This document shows positions 40,483 through 51,076 of a stretch of 64,000 bases of DNA, one piece after another. Every line of letters starts with the position of its first letter. Position 1 is the first letter of the stretch. Source of the DNA: an uncultured Desulfosarcina sp. (GTDB lineage Bacteria > Desulfobacterota > Desulfobacteria > Desulfobacterales > Desulfosarcinaceae); assembly GCA_963674945.2 (NCBI GenBank), contig CAXXWQ010000003.1, positions 2,400,001 through 2,464,000 of the forward strand. The letters are read 5' to 3'. Under the pieces are notes generated by a model. That model saw only the letters and a program-made list of their open reading frames with translations, did no database searches and was not told the DNA's origin. Made by a program: the position numbers and the translations under genes.

Positions 40483-42118
40483 CCTGATTAAAACACTATA
40501 ACCAATTGATAAAACATATATATTATGGTAATATTAGGGCACTAAACGCTCACTTCGGAGGTGAAATCAATGCGGCGTCCGATCACCATAAAACACGAGA
40601 TGGAAAAACTTGCCAGTCATAGCGGATTGATCAATATCGGCGCATTACTTGATGCGATAAATTTCAGGTTCCGTTTCGAAAAGATCAACGGCGTCCATTG
40701 TGTAGACCCGAAAATTTCTCATGGTGACATTTTAGCTTCGATGATTGCTCTCATGAGTATTGGTAAACCTGATTACGATGCGATCGAGATTTTTCGTGAG
40801 AAGCAAGAATTTTTCAACAAGGCCATTGGCAATCGTGCATGCCCGTCAAGCCCGACATTGCGTCAGCGAATCGATTTGATCGGCAACCAAGCCGATAAGC
40901 TGATTAAGGATGCAGGCGTTGATTTGGTTCGATCCTGCGCTCCGGCGATTTCACCCATCCAAACCAGTGCGGGTGATTTCCTTCCTTTGGATATGGATGT
41001 GAGTCCGTTTGACAACTCAAAGACTCAAAAGGAAGGCGTTTCCAGAACCTACAAAGGCACGGATGGCTTCGCTCCGATCTTTGCCTACCTGGGCACCGAG
41101 GGGTATCTGGTGAATCTTGAGTTCAGAGAAGGAAAACAACACTGCCAGAAAAACACCCCCGAATTTATCAACGCCACCTTGGATTATGCCAGGCAAATTA
41201 CCGATCAGCCTATTTTGATGAGGTTGGATTCAGGAAACGACAGTCAAGACAACTTTCCTGACGATTCACGAAAGAATGTCCACTTTATCATCAAACGCAA
41301 TTTGCGTAGAGAATCTGTTCAAAAGTGGGTTGATCTGGCAAAAAAATCCGGCAAGCAACAGCATTGCCGCTCAGGAAAATGTGTATGGATCGGAAAGACG
41401 ATTGAAGACATCAACGGCAATCCATTGCGCTACCCAATCATCTTTGAGGTTACCGAAAGGCATACCAAAAAGGGCCAAGTACTGCTGTTCCCCGAGTATC
41501 AGATCGATACCTATTGGTGCAGCCTCGCACAGTTGCCACCGGATGAGGTGATTCGACTTTATCACGATCACGGTACCAGCGAGCAGTTTCACTCCGAACT
41601 CAAATCCGACATGGGCCTGGAGCGCTTGCCGAGCGGTCATTTTTCCACCAATAGCTTGATTCTTCATTTGGCGATGCTGACGTACAACATGCTACGGATT
41701 ATCGGACAAATCAGCATCGAAGAGAGTGATCCGACTGAATTGCCCGGTATACGCCGGAAGAAAGTTACCCGGCGTCGAATCCGGACAGTCATGCAGGACT
41801 TGATGTATATGGCCGGTCGATTAGTAACCAGAAGTAGAAAATGGTACATATCCTTTGGCCAACTCAATCCATTTTCCAAACTGATGGATCGGATTTATCT
41901 TCGTCTGAATTTGCTTTCCGCTATGAAGTAGCTATAATTTTTAAAAGAACAATTTTACAGGCATTTGCTTGGTGATTTGCTATGGCTAAAGAATGAGAAA
42001 CAGGAGCAAAATTCCTTCGAAATTTGAAAATAGTGAGAAAAATTATCAACAAATGATGGTGTGTGAGGCAATCGCCCCGCGCCAATCCTAACAGCAAAAA
42101 TTAGGCCACTGATTCAGG
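40483..42118 (+). mobile_element. IS1380-family insertion sequence
   Basis: Ends CCTGATTA... and ...TGATTCAGG, ~1.64 kb, single transposase; ends approximate. Confidence 0.75.
40561..41931 (+). CDS. IS1380-family DDE transposase
   Basis: LDMDVSPFDNS, RLDSGND, YHDHGTSEQFHSELKSD. Confidence 0.92.
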   Translation: MKSMRRPITIKHEMEKLASHSGLINIGALLDAINFRFRFEKINGVHCVDPKISHGDILASMIALMSIGKPDYDAIEIFREKQEFFNKAIGNRACPSSPTLRQRIDLIGNQADKLIKDAGVDLVRSCAPAISPIQTSAGDFLPLDMDVSPFDNSKTQKEGVSRTYKGTDGFAPIFAYLGTEGYLVNLEFREGKQHCQKNTPEFINATLDYARQITDQPILMRLDSGNDSQDNFPDDSRKNVHFIIKRNLRRESVQKWVDLAKKSGKQQHCRSGKCVWIGKTIEDINGNPLRYPIIFEVTERHTKKGQVLLFPEYQIDTYWCSLAQLPPDEVIRLYHDHGTSEQFHSELKSDMGLERLPSGHFSTNSLILHLAMLTYNMLRIIGQISIEESDPTELPGIRRKKVTRRRIRTVMQDLMYMAGRLVTRSRKWYISFGQLNPFSKLMDRIYLRLNLLSAMK

Positions 42119-42290
42119 TATTTTCCTTTATGGAATATCTGACATAACCGATAATGCAAGAAAAGATTCAAATCTCGTCATCCGTTCCATGGTTTTCCAA
42201 ATGTAAGTAATAATGAATATCGATAGTAAGAAAACTGCGAACAGTTTTTAAAAAAGTTTTTCATCTGAGGGAAATGTTGGCCGTGCAGTG

Positions 42291-42449
42291 TTGCGGATCT
42301 CTTTAAAGCTCAAGTTGTTGGTTGAAACGGTGGCGCCGGGTTGATGAATCTGATAATTTCATCGATGCCTGTAAAATGCTGATCTTCCAGTTGTAGCTGA
42401 TACCTCTAATGCGAATTGCGTTCAACTTGGGCTTTGAAGAGATCCGCAA
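42291..42449. repeat. 27-bp imperfect inverted repeat flanking ~105 bp
   Basis: TTGCGGATCTCTTTAAAGCTCAAGTTG / CAACTTGGGCTTTGAAGAGATCCGCAA. Confidence 0.75.
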
Positions 42450-42604
42450 TATTTTGCTGCTATTTTCATTTTCGAGACGATCGTCCGAACGTTCCGATTT
42501 AACTTGAAGGCTTGATTTACCGATGCAAACTATGCATCATAGCAGAATATCGCTGATTTTGAGTCTCCAACTGAAACGCCATCTGAATTCAAGCTGCCGA
42601 GATT

Positions 42605-44842
42605 ATGGATTTGACCGTTGAAAAAATCATCCTTCAGTCCGCCGGTTCATTGTCCGTTGCCATCATAGCTTTTTTATTGATGGTCCTCCAACTTGTCTTT
42701 TTTTTTCGGAAACCAAGATTTCCTCTTTATTCCTGGAGTGTCGGTATCTCCTTTTCGGCCATGCTCTATGCTGTTGGAGTATTTTTTGAATATAATTTCC
42801 CACCAGGAGGGATAAACCAATTTGCCGGAAGGCTTGAATGGACAGCCATTGTTCTTTTGATTCATATTTTATACGGATTTACGTTTTCTTACTTTACCAT
42901 TGACGGAAAACGCTATCACTTGTTTGCGGGTATTTTTCACCTCATTGTTATTATATTCATCTGGTCCACTGATTTCATTGTATCGGATCAATTTGTATCA
43001 CGCCATTTCATAGGCCTGGCAAATCCTTTTATCGAACCGGATTTGGGCCCGTTGGGACCCGGTTTTGTCTTGTACGGTTTCCTGGCATGCCTGATTGCGA
43101 TTGCCATCTGGTTTCGACGGAAAGACTCCGGCGATCGATTTAAAAATCTCTTCCTTTTGGGTATTGTTTTTTGGACACTTCTTGGTATCCATGACGGCTT
43201 GGCAGCCCTTGGAATGAGAACCTGTCAGTACCTCATGGAGTATGGATTTCTTGTTCTCTCATTTTTGGTTATTTGGATCGTTTTCAGCAGATTTTATGAA
43301 ATGTTGTCCGAAGATAAATATCGCATGATTACCGAATTTATTAATGATGGTATTCTTGTCGTTCAGGACGGGGTCGTCGTTTTTGAAAATCCGGCCTGCC
43401 GTGCACTTAACGGCCAATCCGTTGTAGGTTGGACGGCCGATAACCTCTCATTAATTTTTTCAGAAGCAGATAAAGAGCAGATTTGCAAATATTACGACGC
43501 TTTGCTTCATTCCGAAGATCAAATTGACGCCATCGTGGTGAATATCAGAAAGGGCGGCAATGAAGAATCAATTGTTGAAATCAAAGCAAACGTAATTCAG
43601 TATAACTCTTCGATCGCCGTTCTGGCTGTCTTGAGAGATATAACAGAACGTATTCGCAAGGAGGAGGAACTCAAAAACAAAGAGGAAAAATTAATACGCC
43701 TGAAAAAAATGGAAGCCCTTGGATTGCTCGCGGGAGGCGTCGCACACGATCTGAACAATGTGCTTTCGGGAATTGTCAGCTATCCGGAATTAATTTTAAT
43801 GGACCTTCCTGAAGACAGCGAAATAAGGCAGATGATTTTTACGATTCAAGACTCCGGTAAGCGCGCCGCGGCCATTGTCAACGAGTTGCTGATGATCGCC
43901 AGAGGCGCATCCATTAAGAAAAAGGTGATGAATCTCAATGCTGTTATAAGCGCGTATATAAGATCTCCAGAGCATAGCAAACTACTGATGTTTCATCCAC
44001 GGGTGAAAGTAGAGACGAACCTTGAGAGACAACTGCTGAATATCGAAGGCTCCTTGATGCATTTCGACAAAATCGTCATGAATCTGGTATCCAACGCTGC
44101 GGAGGCCATCGAAGGCGATGGCAAGGTCATCATCTCAACTGCCAATCGGTACTTGGATCAAGCGTTGCACGGGTACAGCGAAATTCCCAAAGGGGAATAT
44201 GCGGTCCTGACTGTCGAAGACGATGGCCCGGGAATCGATCAGGAGGATCTATATCGGATTTTCGAACCGTTTTACACAAAAAAGGTAATGGGTAGAAGCG
44301 GTACAGGATTGGGGCTCACGTTGGTATGGAATGTTGTTCAGGACCATGGATTTCATATTGACATGATCAGTAACAAAAACGGCACCCGCTTTGATATTTA
44401 TTGCAACACTACGCGCGACAGGCCTGTGGACGAAACAAGCCCGCTTCAATTGACACACATCAGTGGCCACGGAGAACGCATACTGGTGGTTGATGATGTT
44501 AAGAGCCAGCGGGAAATCACCTGCGCCGTATTGGACAGACTCGGCTATACTTCCGAGTCAGTCTCCTGTGGTGAGGAGGCGGTTTCCTATATCGAAAAGA
44601 ATGGCGGCGTCGATCTGTTACTTATCGATATGATCATGGATCCTGGAATGAACGGACGGGAAACTTATGAGCAGATAATAAAAATCCAACCAGCCCAAAA
44701 AGCGATTATTGCGAGCGGTTTTGCCGAAACCGATGATGTCAGGCAGGTACTTGCGGCAGGAGCCGCCAAATTTATCAGGAAGCCCATCATTATCCAAGAA
44801 CTGGGAAAGGCTGTGAAGGAGACGTTATATAGCAACGAATGA
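42605..44842 (+). CDS. Membrane hybrid histidine kinase (multi-TM, PAS, HisKA, HATPase, REC)
   Basis: GGVAHDLNN, NAAEA, GTGLGL, LVVDD..DMIM..KP. Confidence 0.95.
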   Translation: MDLTVEKIILQSAGSLSVAIIAFLLMVLQLVFFFRKPRFPLYSWSVGISFSAMLYAVGVFFEYNFPPGGINQFAGRLEWTAIVLLIHILYGFTFSYFTIDGKRYHLFAGIFHLIVIIFIWSTDFIVSDQFVSRHFIGLANPFIEPDLGPLGPGFVLYGFLACLIAIAIWFRRKDSGDRFKNLFLLGIVFWTLLGIHDGLAALGMRTCQYLMEYGFLVLSFLVIWIVFSRFYEMLSEDKYRMITEFINDGILVVQDGVVVFENPACRALNGQSVVGWTADNLSLIFSEADKEQICKYYDALLHSEDQIDAIVVNIRKGGNEESIVEIKANVIQYNSSIAVLAVLRDITERIRKEEELKNKEEKLIRLKKMEALGLLAGGVAHDLNNVLSGIVSYPELILMDLPEDSEIRQMIFTIQDSGKRAAAIVNELLMIARGASIKKKVMNLNAVISAYIRSPEHSKLLMFHPRVKVETNLERQLLNIEGSLMHFDKIVMNLVSNAAEAIEGDGKVIISTANRYLDQALHGYSEIPKGEYAVLTVEDDGPGIDQEDLYRIFEPFYTKKVMGRSGTGLGLTLVWNVVQDHGFHIDMISNKNGTRFDIYCNTTRDRPVDETSPLQLTHISGHGERILVVDDVKSQREITCAVLDRLGYTSESVSCGEEAVSYIEKNGGVDLLLIDMIMDPGMNGRETYEQIIKIQPAQKAIIASGFAETDDVRQVLAAGAAKFIRKPIIIQELGKAVKETLYSNE

Positions 44843-44858
44843 AATCGTTGTACTGCAA

Positions 44859-45542
44859 GTGACAGACTCCCTTCCAAAATCAAACTTGAGGCTACGTATG
44901 AACAGTTGTTTCAGTAATTCCATCAGAGGACGATTCAACGCTTGGATTTTGCATGTCTCAGAGGATATGGACCATAAGACGTTCGGAAAATGGAAGCAGA
45001 AAATATTCGAAGACATTCCGGATTCGATCGTGGAGTTGGGACCTGGTACCGGTTCGAATTTTCGGTATTATCCAGGCGGATCCGTTCTGACGGCCATAGA
45101 GCCGAATCAAATGATGCTCGACCGTCTGCAAAAAAGTGCAAAACAACATGAAATTACCCTTGATCTCCGACAATCCAGGGCAGAAAAACTTGACATCGCC
45201 GATGGAAGCGCCCGAGCTGTGGTCAGTACGCAGGTATTGTGTACGGTCGATGATCTGCATCAGGCACTAAAAGAGGTTTATCGGATTCTTAAACCCGGCG
45301 GTCGTTTCTTGTTCATCGAGCATATCGCTGCACCAAAGGGGACCGTTTTGCGACGCGTGCAGGAACAAAAGCTGATTCGTCAAACCTGGCAATGGTGCAT
45401 GGAAGGATGCAGGATAAACTGTGAGACAAATTCTGCATTGGCGTCAGTTGGTTTTTCGAAGATGCAAATACAAAATTTTGAAATAAAATCAATACTTCCT
45501 ATTCCGATCCGGCACTATATCGCGGGAATTGCAACCAAGTGA
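44859..45542 (+). CDS. Class I SAM-dependent methyltransferase
   Basis: VELGPGTG, LCTV, RILKPGG..FIEH; start uncertain. Confidence 0.9.
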   Translation: MTDSLPKSNLRLRMNSCFSNSIRGRFNAWILHVSEDMDHKTFGKWKQKIFEDIPDSIVELGPGTGSNFRYYPGGSVLTAIEPNQMMLDRLQKSAKQHEITLDLRQSRAEKLDIADGSARAVVSTQVLCTVDDLHQALKEVYRILKPGGRFLFIEHIAAPKGTVLRRVQEQKLIRQTWQWCMEGCRINCETNSALASVGFSKMQIQNFEIKSILPIPIRHYIAGIATK

Positions 45543-45663
45543 TTCATCCGTTTGCGAGGGGACACCGAAAAGGTGTTGTTCCCGAAAACCACAAAAGGGT
45601 ATTCGTGAGCAAAAAGCCCTTTCCTGCCAACTGTCAAACCCTATGGCAAAAAAGGTGAGGTTC

Positions 45664-46254
45664 GTGAAATATCTCTGGCTTTCCGTATTTTTTGTCGTTT
45701 TCATATGGTCGGCGGTCCATCCTGCTGATTATTTCACATGGTTCCTTGAAGTCGTTCCGGCATTGGCGGGGCTTTTGGCCCTGGCGCTGACATATCGAAA
45801 ATTTCAGTTCACAACCCTTGCTTACACATTGATCCTCATCCACTGCATCATTCTGATGATCGGCGGGCATTATACCTACGCGGAGGTGCCATTTTTTAAC
45901 TGGCTGAAAGACTCTTTTGATCTTGCCCGTAACAATTACGATAAAGTGGGACATTTCGCGCAAGGGTTTATCCCTGCAATCATATCCCGGGAAATCTTTG
46001 TCCGAAGAGATGTGATCAATGGTCGCGGGTGGCTTGCTTTTTTCGTCATCTGTTTTTGTTTGGCGTTTAGTGCATTTTACGAACTCATCGAGTGGTGGGT
46101 TGCGGTTTTTACGGGAGAATCGGCTGAGGCATTTTTAGGCACCCAGGGGTATATTTGGGATACGCAATCTGATATGGCATTGGCATTCGTCGGCGCAATA
46201 TGTGCGTTGATCTTTCTTGGCAACCTGCATGACAAACAAATGCAAAGATTGTAA
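45664..46254 (+). CDS. DUF2238/YjdF-family membrane protein
   Basis: TWFLE, GGHYTYAEVP, RNNYDKVGH, YELIEW, FLGTQG..WDTQSDM. Confidence 0.88.
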   Translation: MKYLWLSVFFVVFIWSAVHPADYFTWFLEVVPALAGLLALALTYRKFQFTTLAYTLILIHCIILMIGGHYTYAEVPFFNWLKDSFDLARNNYDKVGHFAQGFIPAIISREIFVRRDVINGRGWLAFFVICFCLAFSAFYELIEWWVAVFTGESAEAFLGTQGYIWDTQSDMALAFVGAICALIFLGNLHDKQMQRL

Positions 46255-46274
46255 ATCTCATTTGTTCGGAGACG

Positions 46275-47267
46275 ATGGCAACGAAAAAGAACAATTTAAA
46301 AACAGGCCTGCATGTTCCCGCCCATCGCGTCTTTGCCCCCACGACAGTGAGTCCGGAGGCCCGGTCAATTCTATCGAAGCGACATGCGCCGGACGGGCCA
46401 AAACAACCTTCAGGAATAGAAGACAAGGATGCCTGGCGCGCCTACATCAAAAAAAGAAATCGTTTCCTTCGACCTCAGATGGCCATGGCCGCGCGGTTTT
46501 TCCCAGCAGAAATCATTACCCACCAACTCTCACGGACACCCCTTTACGAAATTATCCCCCGGAATCTTTCGCCGGCATATGAAGACTGTGTGATCATCTA
46601 TATTCATGGCGGCGCATTCATTCTCGGGGCGGGGTTGGCCGGTGCCTATATGGGATTTCCCCTTGCCGGTGCCGCCCAAATGCGATCCTATGCCGTCGAC
46701 TATCGCATGCCGCCGGACCATCCGTTTCCCGCAGGACTCGATGACACCATTGATGCCTACCGTATCGTACTTGAGAAATTCAATCCTGAAAAAATTGTGG
46801 TTGTCGGCAATTCGGCGGGAGGCGGCCTGGCGGCATCTTTCGTTTTGAAAGCGCGCGATATCGGTTTGCCGCTTCCCGGTCTTTGCGTGCTGGACAGTCC
46901 CGAGGCCGATCTCACGGAGTCGGGGGACACGTTCGAGACGAATATCTTCGTCGACGTCGCATTGACAGAGCGACTTACGGACAGCATCATGCTTTACGCA
47001 AATGGACATGACCTTCGGGATCCCTACCTGTCACCCTTATTCGGCGATTTTTCCAAAGGCTTTTCGCCCACCATGTTGATCTCCGGCACTCGCGATCTTT
47101 TCCTTTCGAACACGGTGATGATGCATCGCGCGCTGCTTCGTGCAGGAATCGAGGCCGAACTGCATGTTTGGGAAGCCATGCCCCATGGAGGCTTTTGGGG
47201 GGCGCCGGAGGATCGGGAGGTTCTTTGTGAGCAGGTTCGCTTCATTCAAAGACGACTGAAAAAGTAA
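46275..47267 (+). CDS. Alpha/beta hydrolase (HSL-family esterase)
   Basis: HGGAF, DYR.PP, GNSAGG, HG. Confidence 0.92.
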   Translation: MATKKNNLKTGLHVPAHRVFAPTTVSPEARSILSKRHAPDGPKQPSGIEDKDAWRAYIKKRNRFLRPQMAMAARFFPAEIITHQLSRTPLYEIIPRNLSPAYEDCVIIYIHGGAFILGAGLAGAYMGFPLAGAAQMRSYAVDYRMPPDHPFPAGLDDTIDAYRIVLEKFNPEKIVVVGNSAGGGLAASFVLKARDIGLPLPGLCVLDSPEADLTESGDTFETNIFVDVALTERLTDSIMLYANGHDLRDPYLSPLFGDFSKGFSPTMLISGTRDLFLSNTVMMHRALLRAGIEAELHVWEAMPHGGFWGAPEDREVLCEQVRFIQRRLKK

Positions 47268-47399
47268 TCGGCAACGGTAGGACTGCCCCTGGGTGAGCGC
47301 CACCCGCCCCTTACGCTATTCTTATGAACACAGTACAACGCCATCAAAACATTGAGAATGTGATACACATCAAACATTCTGGGCGGTAAGGAGGAAAAA

Positions 47400-48287
47400 A
47401 TGATCAGACAACGTATCGGTTGGATCGGAACCGGTGTCATGGGCCAATCCATGTGTGGACATCTTTTGGATGCCGGACACCGATTGACTGTATTCAACAG
47501 GACCCGGAAAAAAGCCGGCGTTCTTTTGGACAAGGGCGCGATCTGGGCCGACTCCCCGGACAAAGTCGCCAAGGCGTCCGACATCGTCTTTACAATGGTT
47601 GGTTTTCCCGAAGACGTACAGGACGTGATTTTAGGGGAAAATGGTGTTCTTTCCGGAATGAAAACGGGTGGAGCGGTGGTGGATATGACCACCTCCTGCC
47701 CGGATCTGGCAAAAATCGTCCACGAACGATGCGCCGAAAAGGGTGTTGGTGCATTGGATGCGCCTGTATCCGGCGGTGACGTGGGAGCGCGGGAGGCGAC
47801 GCTGGCCATCATGGTGGGCGGCGAAGTTGCGGTTTTCGAGGCCATCGAACCGCTATTCACCCTTTTCGGCAAAACCATCTCGCTGATGGGAGGTCCGGGT
47901 GCCGGCCAGCATACAAAGATGACCAACCAGATCCTGATTGCCGGCACCATGATCGGCGTTGTGGAATCCCTTTTGTATGCCGAGCGTGCCGGCATGGATC
48001 CTCACCGGATCATCGATATCATTGGAAAAGGGGCGGCAAGCTCGTGGTCCATCAACACGCTGGGGCGACGCATCGCAGATGACGATTTCTCTCCGGGATT
48101 CTATATCAAGCATTTTGTCAAGGACATGAAGATCGCCTTGGAGGCCGCCCAACGCATGCGTCTATCGCTGCCCGGGCTGGCATTGGTGAACCAGCTCTAT
48201 ATATCCGCCATGGCCCTGGGGTGGGAGAATCTGGGCACACAGGGGTTGTACCGGGTCCTCAAAAAGATGAATCAATCCCATTCATAG
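47400..48287 (+). CDS. NAD(P)-dependent beta-hydroxyacid dehydrogenase family
   Basis: GWIGTGVMG, LDAPVSGGD, KM.NQ, KDM. Confidence 0.93.
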   Translation: MIRQRIGWIGTGVMGQSMCGHLLDAGHRLTVFNRTRKKAGVLLDKGAIWADSPDKVAKASDIVFTMVGFPEDVQDVILGENGVLSGMKTGGAVVDMTTSCPDLAKIVHERCAEKGVGALDAPVSGGDVGAREATLAIMVGGEVAVFEAIEPLFTLFGKTISLMGGPGAGQHTKMTNQILIAGTMIGVVESLLYAERAGMDPHRIIDIIGKGAASSWSINTLGRRIADDDFSPGFYIKHFVKDMKIALEAAQRMRLSLPGLALVNQLYISAMALGWENLGTQGLYRVLKKMNQSHS

Positions 48288-48293
48288 TTGGAC

Positions 48294-48809
48294 TTACGGA
48301 TTCGATGCGGAAAGAACCCGATAGCGAACGCACACGGTGTCGTCATCCAGCTGCCATGTTTTTTTAAGGGAAAGATTCAGGTCTACGGCATCGCTGAAGA
48401 TCGACAACCCCGTACCGAAGGCGTACGGAGCAATGGTAAGGATCAGTTCGTCGATCAATCCTTCCCGGGCAAACAGATAGTTGATCGTTGCCCCGCCTAC
48501 CACCACCGCCTCTTTGTACCCTTGGGCTGCCAATTCTTCGATAATCCGTTCAGGAGGCGCCTTTGTAAAAACCAAATCGTCCCGGTCGGAGCGGCGGTCG
48601 GGGTTACGGGTCATCACGACGGTTTTTCGTCCGGGCAACACTCTTCCGATGGTATCGAAGGTCCTCGATCCCATAATCATTACGCCGGCTTTGCGTGTCA
48701 CTTCCACGTAAAGCTTCTTGTCGGCTTTTCCGGTCCAGTCGGGATAGTGATCTGAATCTTTGGCAATTTTTCCATCGGCGGTAATGGCAACCATCAAACT
48801 CACATGCAT
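48294..48809 (-). CDS. Dihydrofolate reductase family protein
   Basis: DGKIA, IMGSRTF, LPGR, VGGA. Confidence 0.88.
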   Translation of the reverse strand: MHVSLMVAITADGKIAKDSDHYPDWTGKADKKLYVEVTRKAGVMIMGSRTFDTIGRVLPGRKTVVMTRNPDRRSDRDDLVFTKAPPERIIEELAAQGYKEAVVVGGATINYLFAREGLIDELILTIAPYAFGTGLSIFSDAVDLNLSLKKTWQLDDDTVCVRYRVLSASNP

Positions 48810-49039
48810 GGCAATGTTTCCCGTATTGGTTTGAATAACAGTGTCTGCATGAACCCCATATCATACCCCCCGTGGCGGGAAATCAAAGGAAGGTTATGAC
48901 GATAATTTCCATTTATGGATGCAGGTTCATCTACCGATACATTAAATTTGATTCTGGTCAAATGGTATCGAAACGGATATAATAAAAATTTGTTTTGTAA
49001 CACGTAAGTAACCATAGGTTTATTTGAGAAAGGTTTTTC

Positions 49040-50107
49040 ATGAAAGTTGAGTGTGAAAATTGTAGCAAATCTTTTCAACTCCCGGATGACCGCCTTCCCA
49101 CCGGGAAGAAGGTCTCATTTCCATGCCCTGCGTGCAAGTCAAAAATCACATTGGATTTGCGAGAAAAACCCGCCCCGGCCGAAACGGCATTGGAAGAAAA
49201 ACCCGATTCTGCCGAAGGAAAGGTTGTCTATACCCCAATCACCGAGAAAGCATCCAAAGAACTGGAAGGAACCGATCTAAAACGGAAGATATTGAACACC
49301 ATCAAGGATCTTCCCCCGATGCCGAAGATTATTCAGAAGGCACGGGAGGTCATGGCAAACCCCAAGTCCGGCTTCAAGGAAATCGCCGAAGTGATCGAAA
49401 CGGACCAGGCCATCGCCGCCAAGGTCCTACAGGTTTCCAACTCCGCTTATTATGGACTGTCCGGCATGGTCTCTTCCATCCACCAAGCAGCCGTTGTCCT
49501 CGGCCATAAAACGCTTGAACAACTCATCACCATGGTGTCGGCAACCAGCCTTTTGGGAAGCCGCCTCAAAGGATACCGAATGGGGTCCGGCGCCCTATGG
49601 CAACATTCCTTGGCCGTCGCCCTATGTTCGCGGCAAATCGCCAGTGATCGCGCACCGGCCATGGAAAACGACGCATTTTCCGTGGGGTTGATCCACGATG
49701 CAGGGAAATTGGCATTGGACCGCTATATCCTTGAACGTGAAGCGATGGTGGATCAGGTACTGAAGGAGAATGTCACCTTTCTCGAAGTGGAAAGACAGGT
49801 GCTTGGATTCGACCACACGGAGCTGGCCTCGGACTTGTGCACAAAATGGAAATTGCCGGAAAATCATGTCAATGCAATGAGATACCATCATGAACCAAGC
49901 CTTTCGGACGGCAATCAGCTGGCTTTTATCGTTCACACGGCCAACTATATCGCCCAGCAATGCAATATCGGCACAATAAAAGCCGCCCTTCCCTATGAAC
50001 TCGATCCAAAGGCCCTGGATTTTCTGGCTTTGGATGAAGAGGATCTGGAAAATTATATCCAGTCGACGACCGAAGCCGTAGACCAGATCAGCCAGAGTAT
50101 GGCCTAA
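49040..50107 (+). CDS. Zinc-ribbon + HDOD domain protein
   Basis: CENC..CPAC; LPPMP, NSAYYG, LWQHS, LIHDAGK. Confidence 0.92.
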   Translation: MKVECENCSKSFQLPDDRLPTGKKVSFPCPACKSKITLDLREKPAPAETALEEKPDSAEGKVVYTPITEKASKELEGTDLKRKILNTIKDLPPMPKIIQKAREVMANPKSGFKEIAEVIETDQAIAAKVLQVSNSAYYGLSGMVSSIHQAAVVLGHKTLEQLITMVSATSLLGSRLKGYRMGSGALWQHSLAVALCSRQIASDRAPAMENDAFSVGLIHDAGKLALDRYILEREAMVDQVLKENVTFLEVERQVLGFDHTELASDLCTKWKLPENHVNAMRYHHEPSLSDGNQLAFIVHTANYIAQQCNIGTIKAALPYELDPKALDFLALDEEDLENYIQSTTEAVDQISQSMA

Positions 50108-50152
50108 ACCATCGAATACAAGGATTTTTCGTAAATCAAAGGATATGTTTGC

Positions 50153-50557
50153 ATGACCGATATGGAAAAAACGCTGACAACAGGAGAATTTTCTGAGAAA
50201 ACAGGCATTTCTACATCGACCATCACACAGATGCTCCGCGACGGTCGGATACGGGGAGAAAAACGAAGTGGGAAGTGGGCCATCCATGCCGGTGCGCTCG
50301 AAATCGTTTTGACATCATCCAAAGAAAAGACCGCGACGGCGCCAGAAAAACCGGAAGCGGTTCCCTTCCCTTCACACATTTCAAAGGGGCACTACGATGT
50401 AAAGACCTTTGCCGAAATTACCTATTTGACCGAGAAAGGTGTACGCCAATGGCTTGCATGCGGTCGTCTTTCCGGCTCAATCGACGCCGATGGCAACCAG
50501 ACGGTGGACGCCGAAAATCTGGAACGTCCTGAGTTGAGACACCTGATCCGGGATTGA
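50153..50557 (+). CDS. Double HTH DNA-binding protein
   Basis: LTTGEFSEKTGISTSTITQMLRDG and YDVKTFAEITYLTEKGVRQWL. Confidence 0.8.
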   Translation: MTDMEKTLTTGEFSEKTGISTSTITQMLRDGRIRGEKRSGKWAIHAGALEIVLTSSKEKTATAPEKPEAVPFPSHISKGHYDVKTFAEITYLTEKGVRQWLACGRLSGSIDADGNQTVDAENLERPELRHLIRD

Positions 50558-50582
50558 TACGTCACTGACGCCAAAAACAGAA

Positions 50583-50616
50583 AAGCCCCCATGTCGTACA
50601 GTAACCATGGGGGCTT
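50583..50616. terminator. Hairpin between convergent genes
   Basis: AAGCCCCCATG...CATGGGGGCTT. Confidence 0.7.
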
Positions 50617-50632
50617 GAAATAAAGTATCGGA

Positions 50633-50968
50633 CTACAGAAGCGGACTCTCACCCACGGGTTGCGGCGAAATCTTTTCCTTTGTGTGAGATTGCAGCTTTT
50701 CCTTGTTTTTGATCAGTTGTTTCTTGGCCTTATCCACCACCAGGTCGATGGCCTCGTTCCACGCGCTGCTCTCTTCTTTGGCATGGACTTCATATCCCTT
50801 TCCTTTTAGATTCACATCCACGATCTTTCTGAGCTTTTCCTCCTGGAACACAACATCGGCGGTTCCGGGATGAGGCATGATTTTTTCCAGGCGTACGAGT
50901 TTTTCTTCAAGGTAGGATTTGAGGTAGTCTGAGGAGTCAACATTCTTAAAGGTAACCAGGATTTGCAT
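50633..50968 (-). CDS. Ribosome hibernation factor (HPF/RaiA family)
   Basis: MQILVTFKNVD...AIDLVVDK..KQL.K.KEK; AAGGAGG SD. Confidence 0.88.
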   Translation of the reverse strand: MQILVTFKNVDSSDYLKSYLEEKLVRLEKIMPHPGTADVVFQEEKLRKIVDVNLKGKGYEVHAKEESSAWNEAIDLVVDKAKKQLIKNKEKLQSHTKEKISPQPVGESPLL

Positions 50969-51076
50969 AGTATTTGCCTCCTTTCGCGGTCGTCCGGTCG
51001 TATGACCGCAAATGATGCATACCCCTTGCCACAATAGACCGAAGGGGAGTTGTATGTTTGGTTACTGTCAATTGTA

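Noticed and set aside
40476..42125. Target-site duplication for IS1380
   Set aside because: The flanks (..CAAAA and TATTT..) do not match, so the exact ends remain approximate.
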